Positions 1 to 11,295 of a stretch of 39,183 bases of DNA are shown piece after piece. A program made the translations under genes and the position numbers. The stretch is from Vermamoeba vermiformis (taxonomy: Eukaryota): assembly GCA_045837725.1 (NCBI GenBank), contig JBEWZL010000134.1, forward strand, positions 1-39,183. Direction: 5' to 3'. The notes under the pieces are model-generated. The model did no database searches. It had not been told where the DNA came from and saw only the letters and a program-made list of their open reading frames with translations. Positions within the stretch are counted from its first letter, which is position 1. Each line of letters starts with the position of its first letter.

Positions 1-278
1 ATCAGCGAACTTTTTTTTGGTCAAAAAACGAATTTCCTAACATTGTAATGCGGCGGTAGGTAGTTTAGAATTGTGGAATAATCATTGAGTAAGTAAACCT
101 ACACGGGAAAATGACGAGATTTGATCCTTTTATTCTCTCCTCGTTGTTAGATTTGTCAAAAAAATTTAACTGAAATTATAATAATTGCTGGAAGCGCTAG
201 AACTTAAAAATGCTTTTATATCTCTCGCGCTTGAAGAACCTAACACAAGACTGTAAATATTTTTTGACCGTAGTTTCC

Positions 279-579
279 TCACTCAGGTGCGTAATAGCCT
301 TCCGCCGTTCCGCCAAGCTTCTCCATGCCATCTATTGTTGATTAATAGATGACGTTTAAACGTTTAAGAGCTGGTAGTACCAGTGCAACACGAGCGCTGA
401 AGTCGATGAGGGGCATTGCGTGTTGCCTTTTGAACCTGATTCTGGAAGGTTAATAAGGACCTCGCTGTAGTCTTGCGACCTCTTATTGATTGGTATTCTG
501 ATTGTTCGGAGCTGGATCAAATTTGTCTTGTTCATCACTGTCATAATCGCTGTCGTCAGAATTTTCCTTCTTGAGCTCC
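279..579 (-). pseudogene. Possible frameshifted 3' continuation of the adjacent gene: acidic linker plus protein-kinase activation-loop remnant
   Basis: Alternative minus-strand frames read QQRKELKKENSDDSDYDSDEQDKF, then LIDFS (~396-410). After an intron-like segment (GTACTA...AATAG) they read DGMEKLGGTAEGYYAPE (ending at 282). The stretch is interrupted by stops and frameshifts. Confidence 0.35.
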
Positions 580-2134
580 TTACGCTGTTGTCAGTACTGT
601 CCAGGACTCTAGTAAGTTTTCCAACTTGAAGTGGTAAGCACGAATAGCGACGAGCCACGTCATTAACTTGGTTAAAGAGGCTTTGTCAAATTCGGCAAGA
701 TCGAGTTCAGGCTCGATCCAGAGCTCATAGATCGGGCTTTCGTAGTCATTTTCCGAATGAAGTTGCACTTGCATTTGTAGTAGTTGCACGCAGTAGCCTG
801 AGGTAAGAATGCCAAAGCAGTAGAGCGTTCGCTGTTCGTTTGACGGATTTAAATGCAGGATTTGAAACCGAAGTGCGCACCACATCAATTGTACGAGTTT
901 GTGCAAGTCTTTGTGATCCTCGTTAATTTCTTTGGCAGGACTGTCTTCCCGAATGAAGTAGACAAATTCAATCTTGCCTTTCCAGACAGCGCTTCTTGCG
1001 TCCGTAAGACGTTTGAACTTTTCAAATGGAACGGGAAGAGTCATGACCGAGCATCGAGTTGACGGGAGGTCTTGGAAGAGCGGCTCGAATAGCTTGGCGT
1101 AGAGTAAGGTCCTGAAGTCTTGTTCTGACGCGTTGGAAGCTATTTTTAGCTTTTGTCCCCAGCTAATCACCAAGGTGACAAAATCGGGCAAAATCTGTCT
1201 GAATTTCTTTGAGAAGTCGTCGTCCGAGTTACGTGCATCCATTCCGTTGGCAATAAAGTTGCGTAGTTCCGCAAAAGGGTCTTGTTGCATGTATTGGTGA
1301 GGACGGAACTCAATGATCTGATTAAAAACGATTAAGTTAGGATACGTCCTCATAGTTCGGGTTAATAACACCTACGGTTGTTACCAGTACGGGAATAACT
1401 TCTTCGATGAATGCGAGCAGGTTCATGTCGCTTGCATCTTTCCACGGAATTTTCTTAAGTTTCATCGAAATACCGTACGCCATGGGCCATATATTCCACT
1501 CTTCACAAATTTCTCGCAATGTTACTCTTTCCAAAGGATTAGTGCCGGATGTACGTGCGCAGATCTGGACTTACTTTTCGCCATCGATCGTGGCTACTGC
1601 GTTTTCTAGTTTGCTAAGAGCACCGCTGAATATTAGGGGGCTAGTTAGGACTTTGTTTTCCAAAGTGAGCTTTGGCACTGACATCCGTCGTAGATTTGTT
1701 ACTCGAGTAATTGAGAACTTACGGGGATCGCCTTTGGCTTCGTTTTCTGGCAGATTTTCGAGGGGTCCCTTCGCCTTTTTTTGTGGAGTATTGTTGGGTG
1801 CAGGTGTGGATTGCGGATTCAACTCAGTTAGCTGGGATTTCATTTCTCTAGCATCCTTTTTCTCGGATCTTCCTTGTTTATTACGATAATTTTTAGGCTG
1901 CGAAGCTTTAATCTTTGTCTCTGGATTTGTTTTCGGATTTGGCGCACTTTTTGATTCTGCACCTGATTTATCTGTTTTTCTTTTTTTGTTACTGTTATTA
2001 TTATCGTAATCTTCCAATTTTCTTTTTTTGTTTGGTTTTGAGCCAGTTGTATTTGCATTCTCGGCTGCGATCTTCATTTCTTCTTTAATATCGACCTTCT
2101 TTGGCTTTTTTGTTGTTCGTCTTCGTGTCGACAT
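580..2134 (-). CDS. Three-exon protein with a Lys/Asn-rich disordered N-terminus and a C-terminal PD-(D/E)xK restriction-endonuclease-like domain (Crinkler/CR-REase-like)
   Basis: ATG at 2134 (MSTRRRTTKK). Intron 1574-1527 (GTAAGT..AG) joins ORFs 1571..2239 and 1337..1534 in frame, and a second phase-0 intron ends at CAG ~1318. The motif LTDAR..FIREDS..DLHKLVQLM..CFGILTSG resembles eukaryotic REase-fold domains. Confidence 0.55.
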
Positions 2135-2248
2135 TTTTGGCGCAGATCTAATCACACTAAAATAATGATTTTTGTTGTGTTGTTGCAGGCGAAAAGATGT
2201 ATTGCATCTGGCACGTATTAAATCTTTCTGTCTAGACACTGCAACACG

Positions 2249-3368
2249 ATGAATGCACTAAAAACCTTATTAAAAAGAACAACGACGGTGTCAGCAATAA
2301 GAACAATACGTAACAGCTCCACTCGGTCACTGCATTCAAGATCTTCAAACAAAATCCAACAAAAACCAAGCACGATTTTTTCAACAATATCTAAACAAAA
2401 AACAAATGTTCTAGCACCATTTGTCACGACAAATATTCGTTCTGAATTTTTTTGGAAGCGGATTAAGCAAGTTTTAGGTATGGATGACCCCAAAGAGCAA
2501 TACGTCAAAGAAGAAGAAGAATTCGAACGGAAATTTGCATGTAAGTACTTATTGTATTACAAGTTATTTTCAATATAATTATAGAGGCCATATATTCGTA
2601 GATTGAATTTTAATGAAAAATTTTCGTGTCAAATCCGTTGCACCACAGCGCTTAATTATTTCAATAATCACGTATTGCGATGATGGTATTATTTGGTTAC
2701 TAATATAACTGATTTGCCTCTAAGTTCATTTATTAAATATTTATTAATTCCTCGTGAGCTCAGCCTACCCACAATTTGCTTTATACAAAGAAGCTCGCAC
2801 CGCGCAACAAAGACTTCAATTTCAAAAGGCAGAGGATTTACTAGTCCAAGCGCTGAATCTAAAAGTTGAAGAGAAAGACATCGAAGAGTTATTGCCTCTG
2901 GTCAGAAAAGTCAGCTTCTTTAGAATTCTCAATTTAGATGTCATGCGCGTTGATCCTAAAGTATTAAGAGAAGAGATGCTCACTCATTTAGAGGAGTACG
3001 ATAACGGCAACCCGAATCTCTGGATCGGATTCATCAAACTCCTTATAGAAGCCAACCAAATTGATGGTAAGCTATACAAAAGCTCATAAATTATGTGAAT
3101 ATCATACAAGCACTTACAATCCCGATTGGCATGTCTAACAATCATTTTTGCAGATGCGATCGCCGCTGTACAAAGGTTCAGAAAGCTTGATATCAAATGG
3201 GATAATACGACGTTAGCCAATATCGCGTATTTGGAAGGCAATATCATGGAGTCATTGGGAAAAGACGAAGAGGCTTCTCGTTTGTACGACGATGCATTGG
3301 CTTTAGAATTCTCTCCGGTCTTCGATGACGCCAAACACCATGTAAATAAGCGATTAAAGAGGAAATAA
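2249..3368 (+). CDS. Probable mitochondria-targeted TPR-like helical protein (3 exons)
   Basis: Arg/Ser/Thr-rich, acid-poor N-terminus (MNALKTLLKRTTTVSAIRTIRNSS). Donors GTAAGT 2541 and GTAAGC 3067 join the ORFs in frame. TPR-like segment AYLEGNIMESLGKDEEASRLYDDALAL. Confidence 0.65.
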
Positions 3369-3463
3369 GAGCAATTTTGTAATATTTGACAATAATAGCC
3401 TATTTTAAGTGCTCGGATCCTTCGCTACAAAAGATTTTCTTCAATTTTCAATAATGAATCACA

Positions 3464-6138
3464 ATGTCAGGGTTTTTTGTCGATATCGAAACGGGAAGCT
3501 TTGTTTCTGACGACAAAATGAGCTCGAATGCAGAGCTGCCTAAGCTATTGTATTCTATACACGATGAAGTAAGTTCAAGCAAATCCGTTACCCGCAATCA
3601 TTTCTCGTGCTGATTAATTCTAAATTAATTCCTAATATTTTTATTATGATAGCCTGATAGTTTAAAGACTATAAGATACTGCTCGGAAGGCATAGCTAAA
3701 TATGATCCAAAGAAAGGAATAGTGCAAGCTTGTCTTGCCGTCATTTATGGCGCTTGGAAAAAATTTAAATTATATTACGTAGCTATGTTTTTTTTCGCCC
3801 TAGTGTCGTCATCAACAGCCGTGACTTATCCAAAAATACTGGCAAAAATAGTGGATTTGCCATACAGCCAACCCGGTGAAGAGCTAACGTCAACATTTTA
3901 CGTAAGTTAATTCATAATAATATTATGGAATTTTATAGCAGTGTCAATCTTCCCTTATTATTGCGATTTCAAATTTACCTAAACTTTTGCTAACCATTTA
4001 TCTTTTAATATTCAGAATTTGCTATTTCAATTGTGTTTGGCATTTTCAGCGAGTACAGTCGCGCGATTCTTATCGCAAAAGATTATATTCTATATTGCAA
4101 CTCAAACAGAAGATTCGTGGCGGTATTTTGGACTGCTGAAGACTTACACTTTGCCGATTGATTGGCACAATAGGCATTCATCAGGATCAACTGGTATGGC
4201 GTGTGCTTTATTATAACCGAGACCTATTATTAATATTGATGTATTTCAGGTTCGAAAATTGAACAGGGAGGCAGTGCCGTGTGGGTTTTATTGAACTCGA
4301 GCGGCGGTCAAGATCTGTTTTTGTCATTGACAGTTCTCGTTTCAGTTTTATACTCGGCTATATACGAAGCACCTGGATTGTGGTGGTTATTCATATTACC
4401 GTGCCCTGCTTACTTATTCTTGAACGAGTACATTGGGTACGTCAGATCAAGAAATCATAATCATTTCGTATTTGATACTAAAGATCGATCTTTGCAGCAA
4501 AAAAATTCAAAAAGCACAAGAAATCACGTCGTATTATAATCGAAAAGCAGCTCAATATTTGTACGACGGTCTTGCAAATGTCAAAGTCGTAAAAGCGTTT
4601 GGCAGAGAATATTACGAGACAGGTACTATTGAATCATCTGATTTTGTTATAATATATTAATGTATTTATATAGCACAATACGCTGCTCGATGGTCCTCGT
4701 TTCACAAATCAGAATATGAAACGGAAGTATTGAACTTCAACCGCGTACTGATCCAAAGCTTCTTCGACTTGTTCATGCGCATCGTATTGTTGTATTATTT
4801 ATTCAATAATATTACTGCTGGAAAAATGACAGTTGGATCTATTGCCATGCTCATGTCCTATCAGGTGCGTTACGATCTTCAGATCTAGATCTTTTTATTT
4901 CATTCTAGTGCACGAAATTTACACCAATAGTACAAGGAATTATATGGCATCAATATATTATTATAGTTATGATAGGAGTTAATTTGCCTGAGTTAATTGC
5001 AGTATATTTTTCTAGGGAATGATTTTCGGTCCGTTGTCAATGTTGAGCGGAATTTTAGCGAGCATTAAACGTCAAACTCAACGCAGTAAAGGTATATATT
5101 ATAATAGTGCAATATTATATATCTAAAATTTGGACCAGATCTGATGGATATTTTACGCGAGCCGGATCCGTTACGTGATAGCAACAGACCTGTGGACATT
5201 AAGCACTTGAAACACGATATCAAGCTCGACAATGTGACGTTCAATTACATCTCTGAGCCTGGTGTGCGTCCAGCTCTCGATGATTGTACGTTGACTTTAC
5301 GAGCTGGCACTACGACTGCACTTGTGGGACGAAGTGGCGCTGGAAAATCAACCGTAATTTCATTACTGCTAAGATTTTACGATCCGACTACAGGTAATAC
5401 CGCTTATAATATGACTAAGGAACATAAGCTAAAATTTTTATTGTGTAGGGCGCATCCTTTGGGACGGAGAAGATTTGCGAAATTTCTCGAGAAAATCGCT
5501 TCATCAGCGCGTAGCAGTAGTGCCACAAGACGTTTTGATTTTTAATAGAAGTATTAGAGAAAATATTGCGTACGGTGATCCGGATTTGCCTTTGAGCGTT
5601 GTTATGGATGCAGCCAAAAAGGCACATATCCACGATTTCATTATGAGTAAGTATAATATATTATATATTACGATCTTTAATTGTTTTTGGCAGCGCTGCC
5701 CCATCAATACGACTCAGTCATTGGCGAGAACGGAATCCAACTTAGTGGTGGACAAAAACAACGAGTTTCCATTGCTCGTGCATTGGCATTAGATCCATCT
5801 TTGATATTGTAAGTATTCAACATCGTCTTGCATTTTCTAAAAATTTTTGAACTAACGCGTACTGGATCAGATTCGATGAAAGCACTTCGCATTTGGACTC
5901 CGAAAGCGAGCTTGCTATTCAAGAAAGCATTGCATCATTGCATCACGAAATAACCCAAGTCATAGTTGCACATCGCTTCTCGACAATCCTACATGCGGAT
6001 CAGATCGTGGTACTAGATGAAGGAAAGATTATTGGTGTTGGAACACATCATGAATTGGTACGCACGAATCCTGTCTATCAGAAGCTCTATACACTGCAAT
6101 TTAAGGATGACGATAAAGACGATCAAAAGAATAAATGA
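3464..6138 (+). CDS. ABCB-type (MsbA/MDR-like) ABC half-transporter, TMD-NBD, multi-exon
   Basis: Hydrophobic TM exons at 3720-4860. Walker [11 protein letters not shown]-loop VVPQD, signature LSGGQKQR (~5741), Walker B/D-loop [16 protein letters not shown]-loop VAHRFST. Confidence 0.93.
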
Positions 6139-6509
6139 AAGGAATGAAAATGATTGTAAATAAACACTATTGGATCCGACGATTGAAGTTGAATGTTTTG
6201 CTGTAATGACCTATTCTGTGGTCGTAGAGAAAGATCGTTAATTAATATAATTCGAAAATTATCACTACAAGTAATCTCATTGGTGGAGGTGAAGCTGTTG
6301 TTATTCGCGGACGCTGATCCATTCCATCAAAAGGACTCAGGTGAAGACCTTATCTATTCTTGTTCTTCGCTAGTGGTGCCGAACCTGGTCTGCCTTCTGC
6401 CGACGTTCAATCGCTTACGTGCACAACACCTCTCGTCGGCAACGTGTCACTGAGTGTCATCGTTAGCTTCGATTTTTTCATTTTTTTTAATTCCACAGCA
6501 GCAGCAACA

Positions 6510-8624
6510 ATGCTCAATGCACAATTTACCAAATACAAGCAGTTCAATCCCGAGAAGAAGCGATTAAAACGCTTTCAATGCGAAAACATCGAAGAGCAAC
6601 CAGATGCACCTTGGCTCACACTTCCTGACGAGATAGGATGCATGATATTATTTTATTGTTCACTGGAATCATTTTGCAATATAAAACGCGTTTGCAAACA
6701 GCTGAATAAGCTGGCTGACCGAAGAGTTGAAAAATATGCATTTGAAAATACGGTGGCAGGGTAAGAATTTTTAGATTAATTAGGATTATTCGTGTTTATC
6801 AACGTTCATATTACTTATTATGATTTTTTTTCGTAATTTCGAAATTAAAATAATCGTATTAATTATTTGTGCAGATGCGAGTCCCAAGAGCGCAAAGACT
6901 TACTTGATTGGTGGCCTTATATTTTAAAACTCGTAGGCTATAATATAATTCATCTACTGGGGGTCTAATTTTTCATGAATAGCGAGCGTATAGTTTTAAC
7001 GATCCGACCTTGGTAGCGGAGTATATGGACTTCAAAGTTGATACGAAGCAAATTGTCGAATTCTGCATGATAGAAAATCTTAGTGATATTCATTTGAAGC
7101 TAGGCTACATTAAAGAACAGTTCATTAGAAAACCTCGTCGCGAACTTGAATCAATTATTGCCTTTGATGCTGACGCTATCTTACAATATTTTGTCGAGGT
7201 AATATTTATACTCACTTATTAACAATCTTAACGAATTAAGATTGCCAAGAAGGCGATTTAGAGAGATCTGACAGATGCGTTTTCGATTTTTCTGGAAATA
7301 ATACTACGTTAACGTATTATTAAAATAACGGTTTATTGATAGGTTTTCGAAGAAGAATTAAAAGACAAACCGAGCAAATGGGCGTTGATGACCGATACGA
7401 AATTTCAGAATTTTCTTTGGTGCCTATTGGTCGCTTTTGAAGAGTACCTCGATCAATTCTCCAAGAAAAAACAATTCGCTTCGATGAATTTGATGCCTGT
7501 GTTCATGAACATTATGTCCAAATATAGTCCTGTTGTGGTACGATTACTACTGACACCGGAGCTATTTTTGGGAAGAAAAGGATTTCCTTTATTGGTAAAT
7601 TTTGCTTCGAAAACACATTTTTGTAGTTAAATTAATCATTTTTTAATAAGAAAACAATGCCGTACAGAGTTTTACGAGGATTAGCCGAGCACAAACAACG
7701 GTTCCCATTGGACCTTACGAGCACATTAACGAGCCAAGATAACATTTTGGAAGCACCGAGTTCATTCTACGTAAGTTTTGGAGTCAATTAGTCAAGCTAT
7801 TTGACGTTTGACCAAACGTTGACCGTTATTTTAAATTTTTGGTTGCTTTCTTAATTTTAATGCTTTTTACGAATCTTTATATTATTGTTATTATTACAAA
7901 GATCAAATAATTTTAGATCTGATGTGTTCTGTTTTAGTTCCCGCCCTTACTATTGTCTTGTTTCGTGTGCGACCAATCAATGTTCAACGAAATGTCCAAG
8001 CACACACCTATTGTTCCATCTGGTTATTTTGCAGCATTAGCTCGTAGCACGAACAATTCTGAAGATCGATTTCCTTTTTTCGACGGCTTGGTCGAGAAAA
8101 AAATTGGTAACATCTGAATTCATTAACCTTAAAAATATTACTATAATTGGTATTAAACAATTTTAGATATCAACGCAAAAATTCCGCTGGTGATAAAGAG
8201 CTTGAAAAACCCGTGGATTGAAACGGTTCTTGGCATAGCATGTTTCGATTACAATAAGAACGATGGCGCTATATTAATCGAATGGCTATTACACCACGGC
8301 GCACGATTCTCGGAAAATGAATTGAAGGCGTTGAATGGACCCAAGTCAAACCTCAGAGCGTCAATTAAAGGCGTCCTAGAAGTCGTGCAAAGCGGCAAAA
8401 ATTATAATCCATTTAAGAATTTGATTGAATGGTAAGTCGCTATTAATATTTTATCGTTGTTTTATTACGGTTTTTCAACGCAATAATTAGGTACTAATTA
8501 ATTTTCTATTAGGAATCCTAAACAATCAGAAAATTTTCGTCAATTAGGAGCTGTTGCCAGTCTAACTTTTCAAGGAGGTGACAATTTTTCAGTGAAGCGT
8601 ACGAATACAGTCGATAAATTCTAG
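6510..8624 (+). CDS. F-box protein with C-terminal ankyrin-like repeat(s); 3' end uncertain
   Basis: F-box LTLPDEIGCMILFYCSLESFCNIKRVCKQLNKL in exon 1, followed by several GT-AG-flanked exons. Ankyrin-like segment ETVLGIACFDYNKNDGAILIEWLLHHGA. Confidence 0.7.
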
Positions 8625-8649
8625 CAAAGTTTGCTTGTCTAATTTTAGC

Positions 8650-9015
8650 TCAGTACAAAATACAACGTTTACTGGAAAATATCAACGAGGTCGCAAACCA
8701 AATCACATCGTTTGTACGGCGGACAAAGAAGTGACGGAAATAGTCTTGTTCGGTAGTTATAACGATACCAATGAGCCGATTATTGCACCATCAAGTAGAA
8801 TTTTTGACTTTTTTGCCTACACGTAAGTAACATTGACAAGTGATAATTTGTTTTCATATGCTTTGGATTACAAAATTCGTGTAAATATTACAACTAACGG
8901 ATTAACTTTGAATAGGACTTGTGAAGGAAGGCTCGTGTTGCTCAAAGAAGACGCATCACTATTAGCACTGAGTATGGAGTTAATGCGCAGTGCTTGGGTA
9001 CACATAAACAAATAA
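8650..9015 (+). CDS. Two in-frame exons of unknown product; either the tail of the F-box gene or a relic
   Basis: ORFs 8635..8826 and 8833..9015 join in frame across GTAAGT(8823)..AATAG. I found no phase-compatible upstream donor. Confidence 0.3.
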
Positions 9016-9069
9016 TTGGTATTAATCGAGGTCTTTAAACATCAGTTCAAATTCTCGGATCCAATTCTT

Positions 9070-10714
9070 TTAGATCAGAATTACAAAAATTGTAGCGACA
9101 GCTACAGAAGTACAAGATAAAATAGAATTAGAGCCACTCGTGCTGTAACCATTTGGCCCTTTGGTGCTGTTCGGCTGTTGTTGTTGCGAGCACTGAAAGT
9201 TTGTTGGATCTGATGTGCACGAGGTACATTCAGTATCGCCAGCATTGCTGAAAGTACCTTCAGGACAGTTTTGACATGAAATTCCGTTAGGGCTCGGGAC
9301 CTGTCCTGCAGAGCACGTGATGCATCCAAAGCCTTCATCGTAGATTTCGTTGGGCTGACATGTCAAACAGCTGTCACCGCGTGGATGCGTGTCAGCAGGG
9401 CAAGTGCACGTGCCATTTGAAGATAATATTTGTTGACTAGCGCAGCCAATAGCAACTACATTAGCGTAAATATTATTTCCTGAAGCTCCGCCAAGGTAGA
9501 TCGTGCCATCCGGACCAACCGAAACTCCGCCTCGTCCAGCGAGATTGAGACCAGAATTAATTTTCCATAAAATGGTTAAATTGAATAAATCAGTCGTATC
9601 AAGGGCGAATAAATAACCGTTTGAAGTGCTGACGGCGTATAAGACGCCATCCGTTGAGAGAACCATTTGAGCACTGAGATCGTAGTTATTGATATCGCCA
9701 ATATTCAAAATACGCCAGTAAGTTCCATTAGTCGTGTCGAAAGCAAAGATGTTTCCGTTGGATGTGCTAATAATAATGTAGTCGTCATTAAAAAGCACTG
9801 GTGTAGCAGCCATAGGCCAGCTTCCAGAGAATCCGATCGGGAAGATTAGGGCTCCACTAGGACTGAACTTAAATAGGGAAGCAGAGAGCGGACCAATGCG
9901 ATCTGCAACGTAGATGTTGCCTTTTGAGTCAATGGCGGGTTGTCCGGGGAACTCGTTGACTGAAACGTATTGGTAGCTCCAATATATAGTTCCATTAGGG
10001 AATATCTTGTGCACCCATTCTTGAGATCGAACGACAATCGTGCTGTCGTAAGCGGACCAGATCGGGACGGCAAGTTGCGAATCTGAACCAGCCAACTGCA
10101 CAGACCAAGCAATTGCGCCGTCCATAGCATTAATTAACACGAGATAAGTGCTTGTTGATAGGTAGAAGCCATCGTTATTAGCATTCCAAAGCATGGGCGA
10201 CAGATTCGTCGCGGAATTTCCGTTGCAGACGGTGTCGCTAGTCCACAAAATATCGGCAGTCTCCGCATTGAATGCCAACACTTTGCAGGTTTGGTTATTA
10301 AGGACATAAAGCACATTATTGCGATAGGTCATTGCGCCATAGCAAGATCCGCCGTTTGGATCAGTGAATTGTTGGACTAGACCAGTCGAATTGAGTCGAA
10401 GAGCAACTATATTGCCTCCTTGATTAGGGATAAATATATCTCCAGTAGTATCATCGATAAGGATTGTTCCTATAGAAAAATTGAAATCAGACCAAACGCC
10501 ATCCGAATCAATTTAATTTGAATGAAATGGGAATCAATATTTAAATACCTTGAATGATAGAAGGACTTGCATAGGACCATAAATTATTCGGTTTCGATCT
10601 AAAGGCGGGCCTGGAATGAATTCCATTGTTACCACCGCCCCAAGTATTCCAATCGCATTGGATCGAGGCAAGCAAGCCAAGTAAAATAACCGAAAATAGT
10701 CTCATTGGCTTCAT
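9070..10714 (-). CDS. Secreted/surface protein: PQQ-like (BamB-type) beta-propeller, Cys-rich CxxC repeats, Q/S/T linker, hydrophobic C-terminus (GPI signal or TM)
   Basis: Signal peptide MKPMRLFSVILLGLLASIQC followed by DWNTWGGG. One intron, 10548-10470. Repeats AFNAETADILW, LINAMDGAIAW, PAIDSKGNIYV, AFDTTNGTYW, VSVGPDGTIY. Cys-rich CQNCPEGTFSNAGDTECTSC. Confidence 0.85.
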
Positions 10715-11295
10715 ATGGTGCTAATATTGCAGTTTTCGAATTCAATTAACGCAATGACAGCGAGATATTTGTAATTTAATTGAACCCTGCTTGATTTTCG
10801 AAAGATTTGCAAAATAAATTAAATAAATCGTTTCACTGCTAAAAATTATTAATAATGAATCGAATGTATGCCGGAAAATTATTCTGCGATTAAATTGAAA
10901 ATACTGGAGACAGATTGGATGTTGGATTTGCTCGTCTAGTATTCTTTTCAACTCCAGACCATAATTATTATTATAAGTTACCTTCATTGGCAATAATATG
11001 GCAGCGTAAGAAGCGAACAACGTCAAGGTTGACCGAAGCCAAACGCTGCATCCCATCTGCTTTAAACGTATAATGCTGTAATGCTAGTATACTTATAGTA
11101 GCACGTAGGACAACTACTTTCGTGCCTTTGTAAATTGAGTTGTATAGTATGAGAAAGAATAAATTTAGAAAAAATGACCGCCAACTTTTCATTCTAAACA
11201 CGTGATTGCCGACTTTTCAGGCGCCAGCTCCAAAATTAAAGAAAACAAATATTATAATTGACTAGGAAGAGCATACGTTCCCTTAAATATAAAGA

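Noticed and set aside
1407..1889. 160-aa plus-strand ORF
   Set aside because: It is antisense to the spliced minus-strand gene.
10742..11201. Two short minus-strand ORFs
   Set aside because: Non-ATG starts in an AT-rich divergent promoter region, with no protein-like signal.
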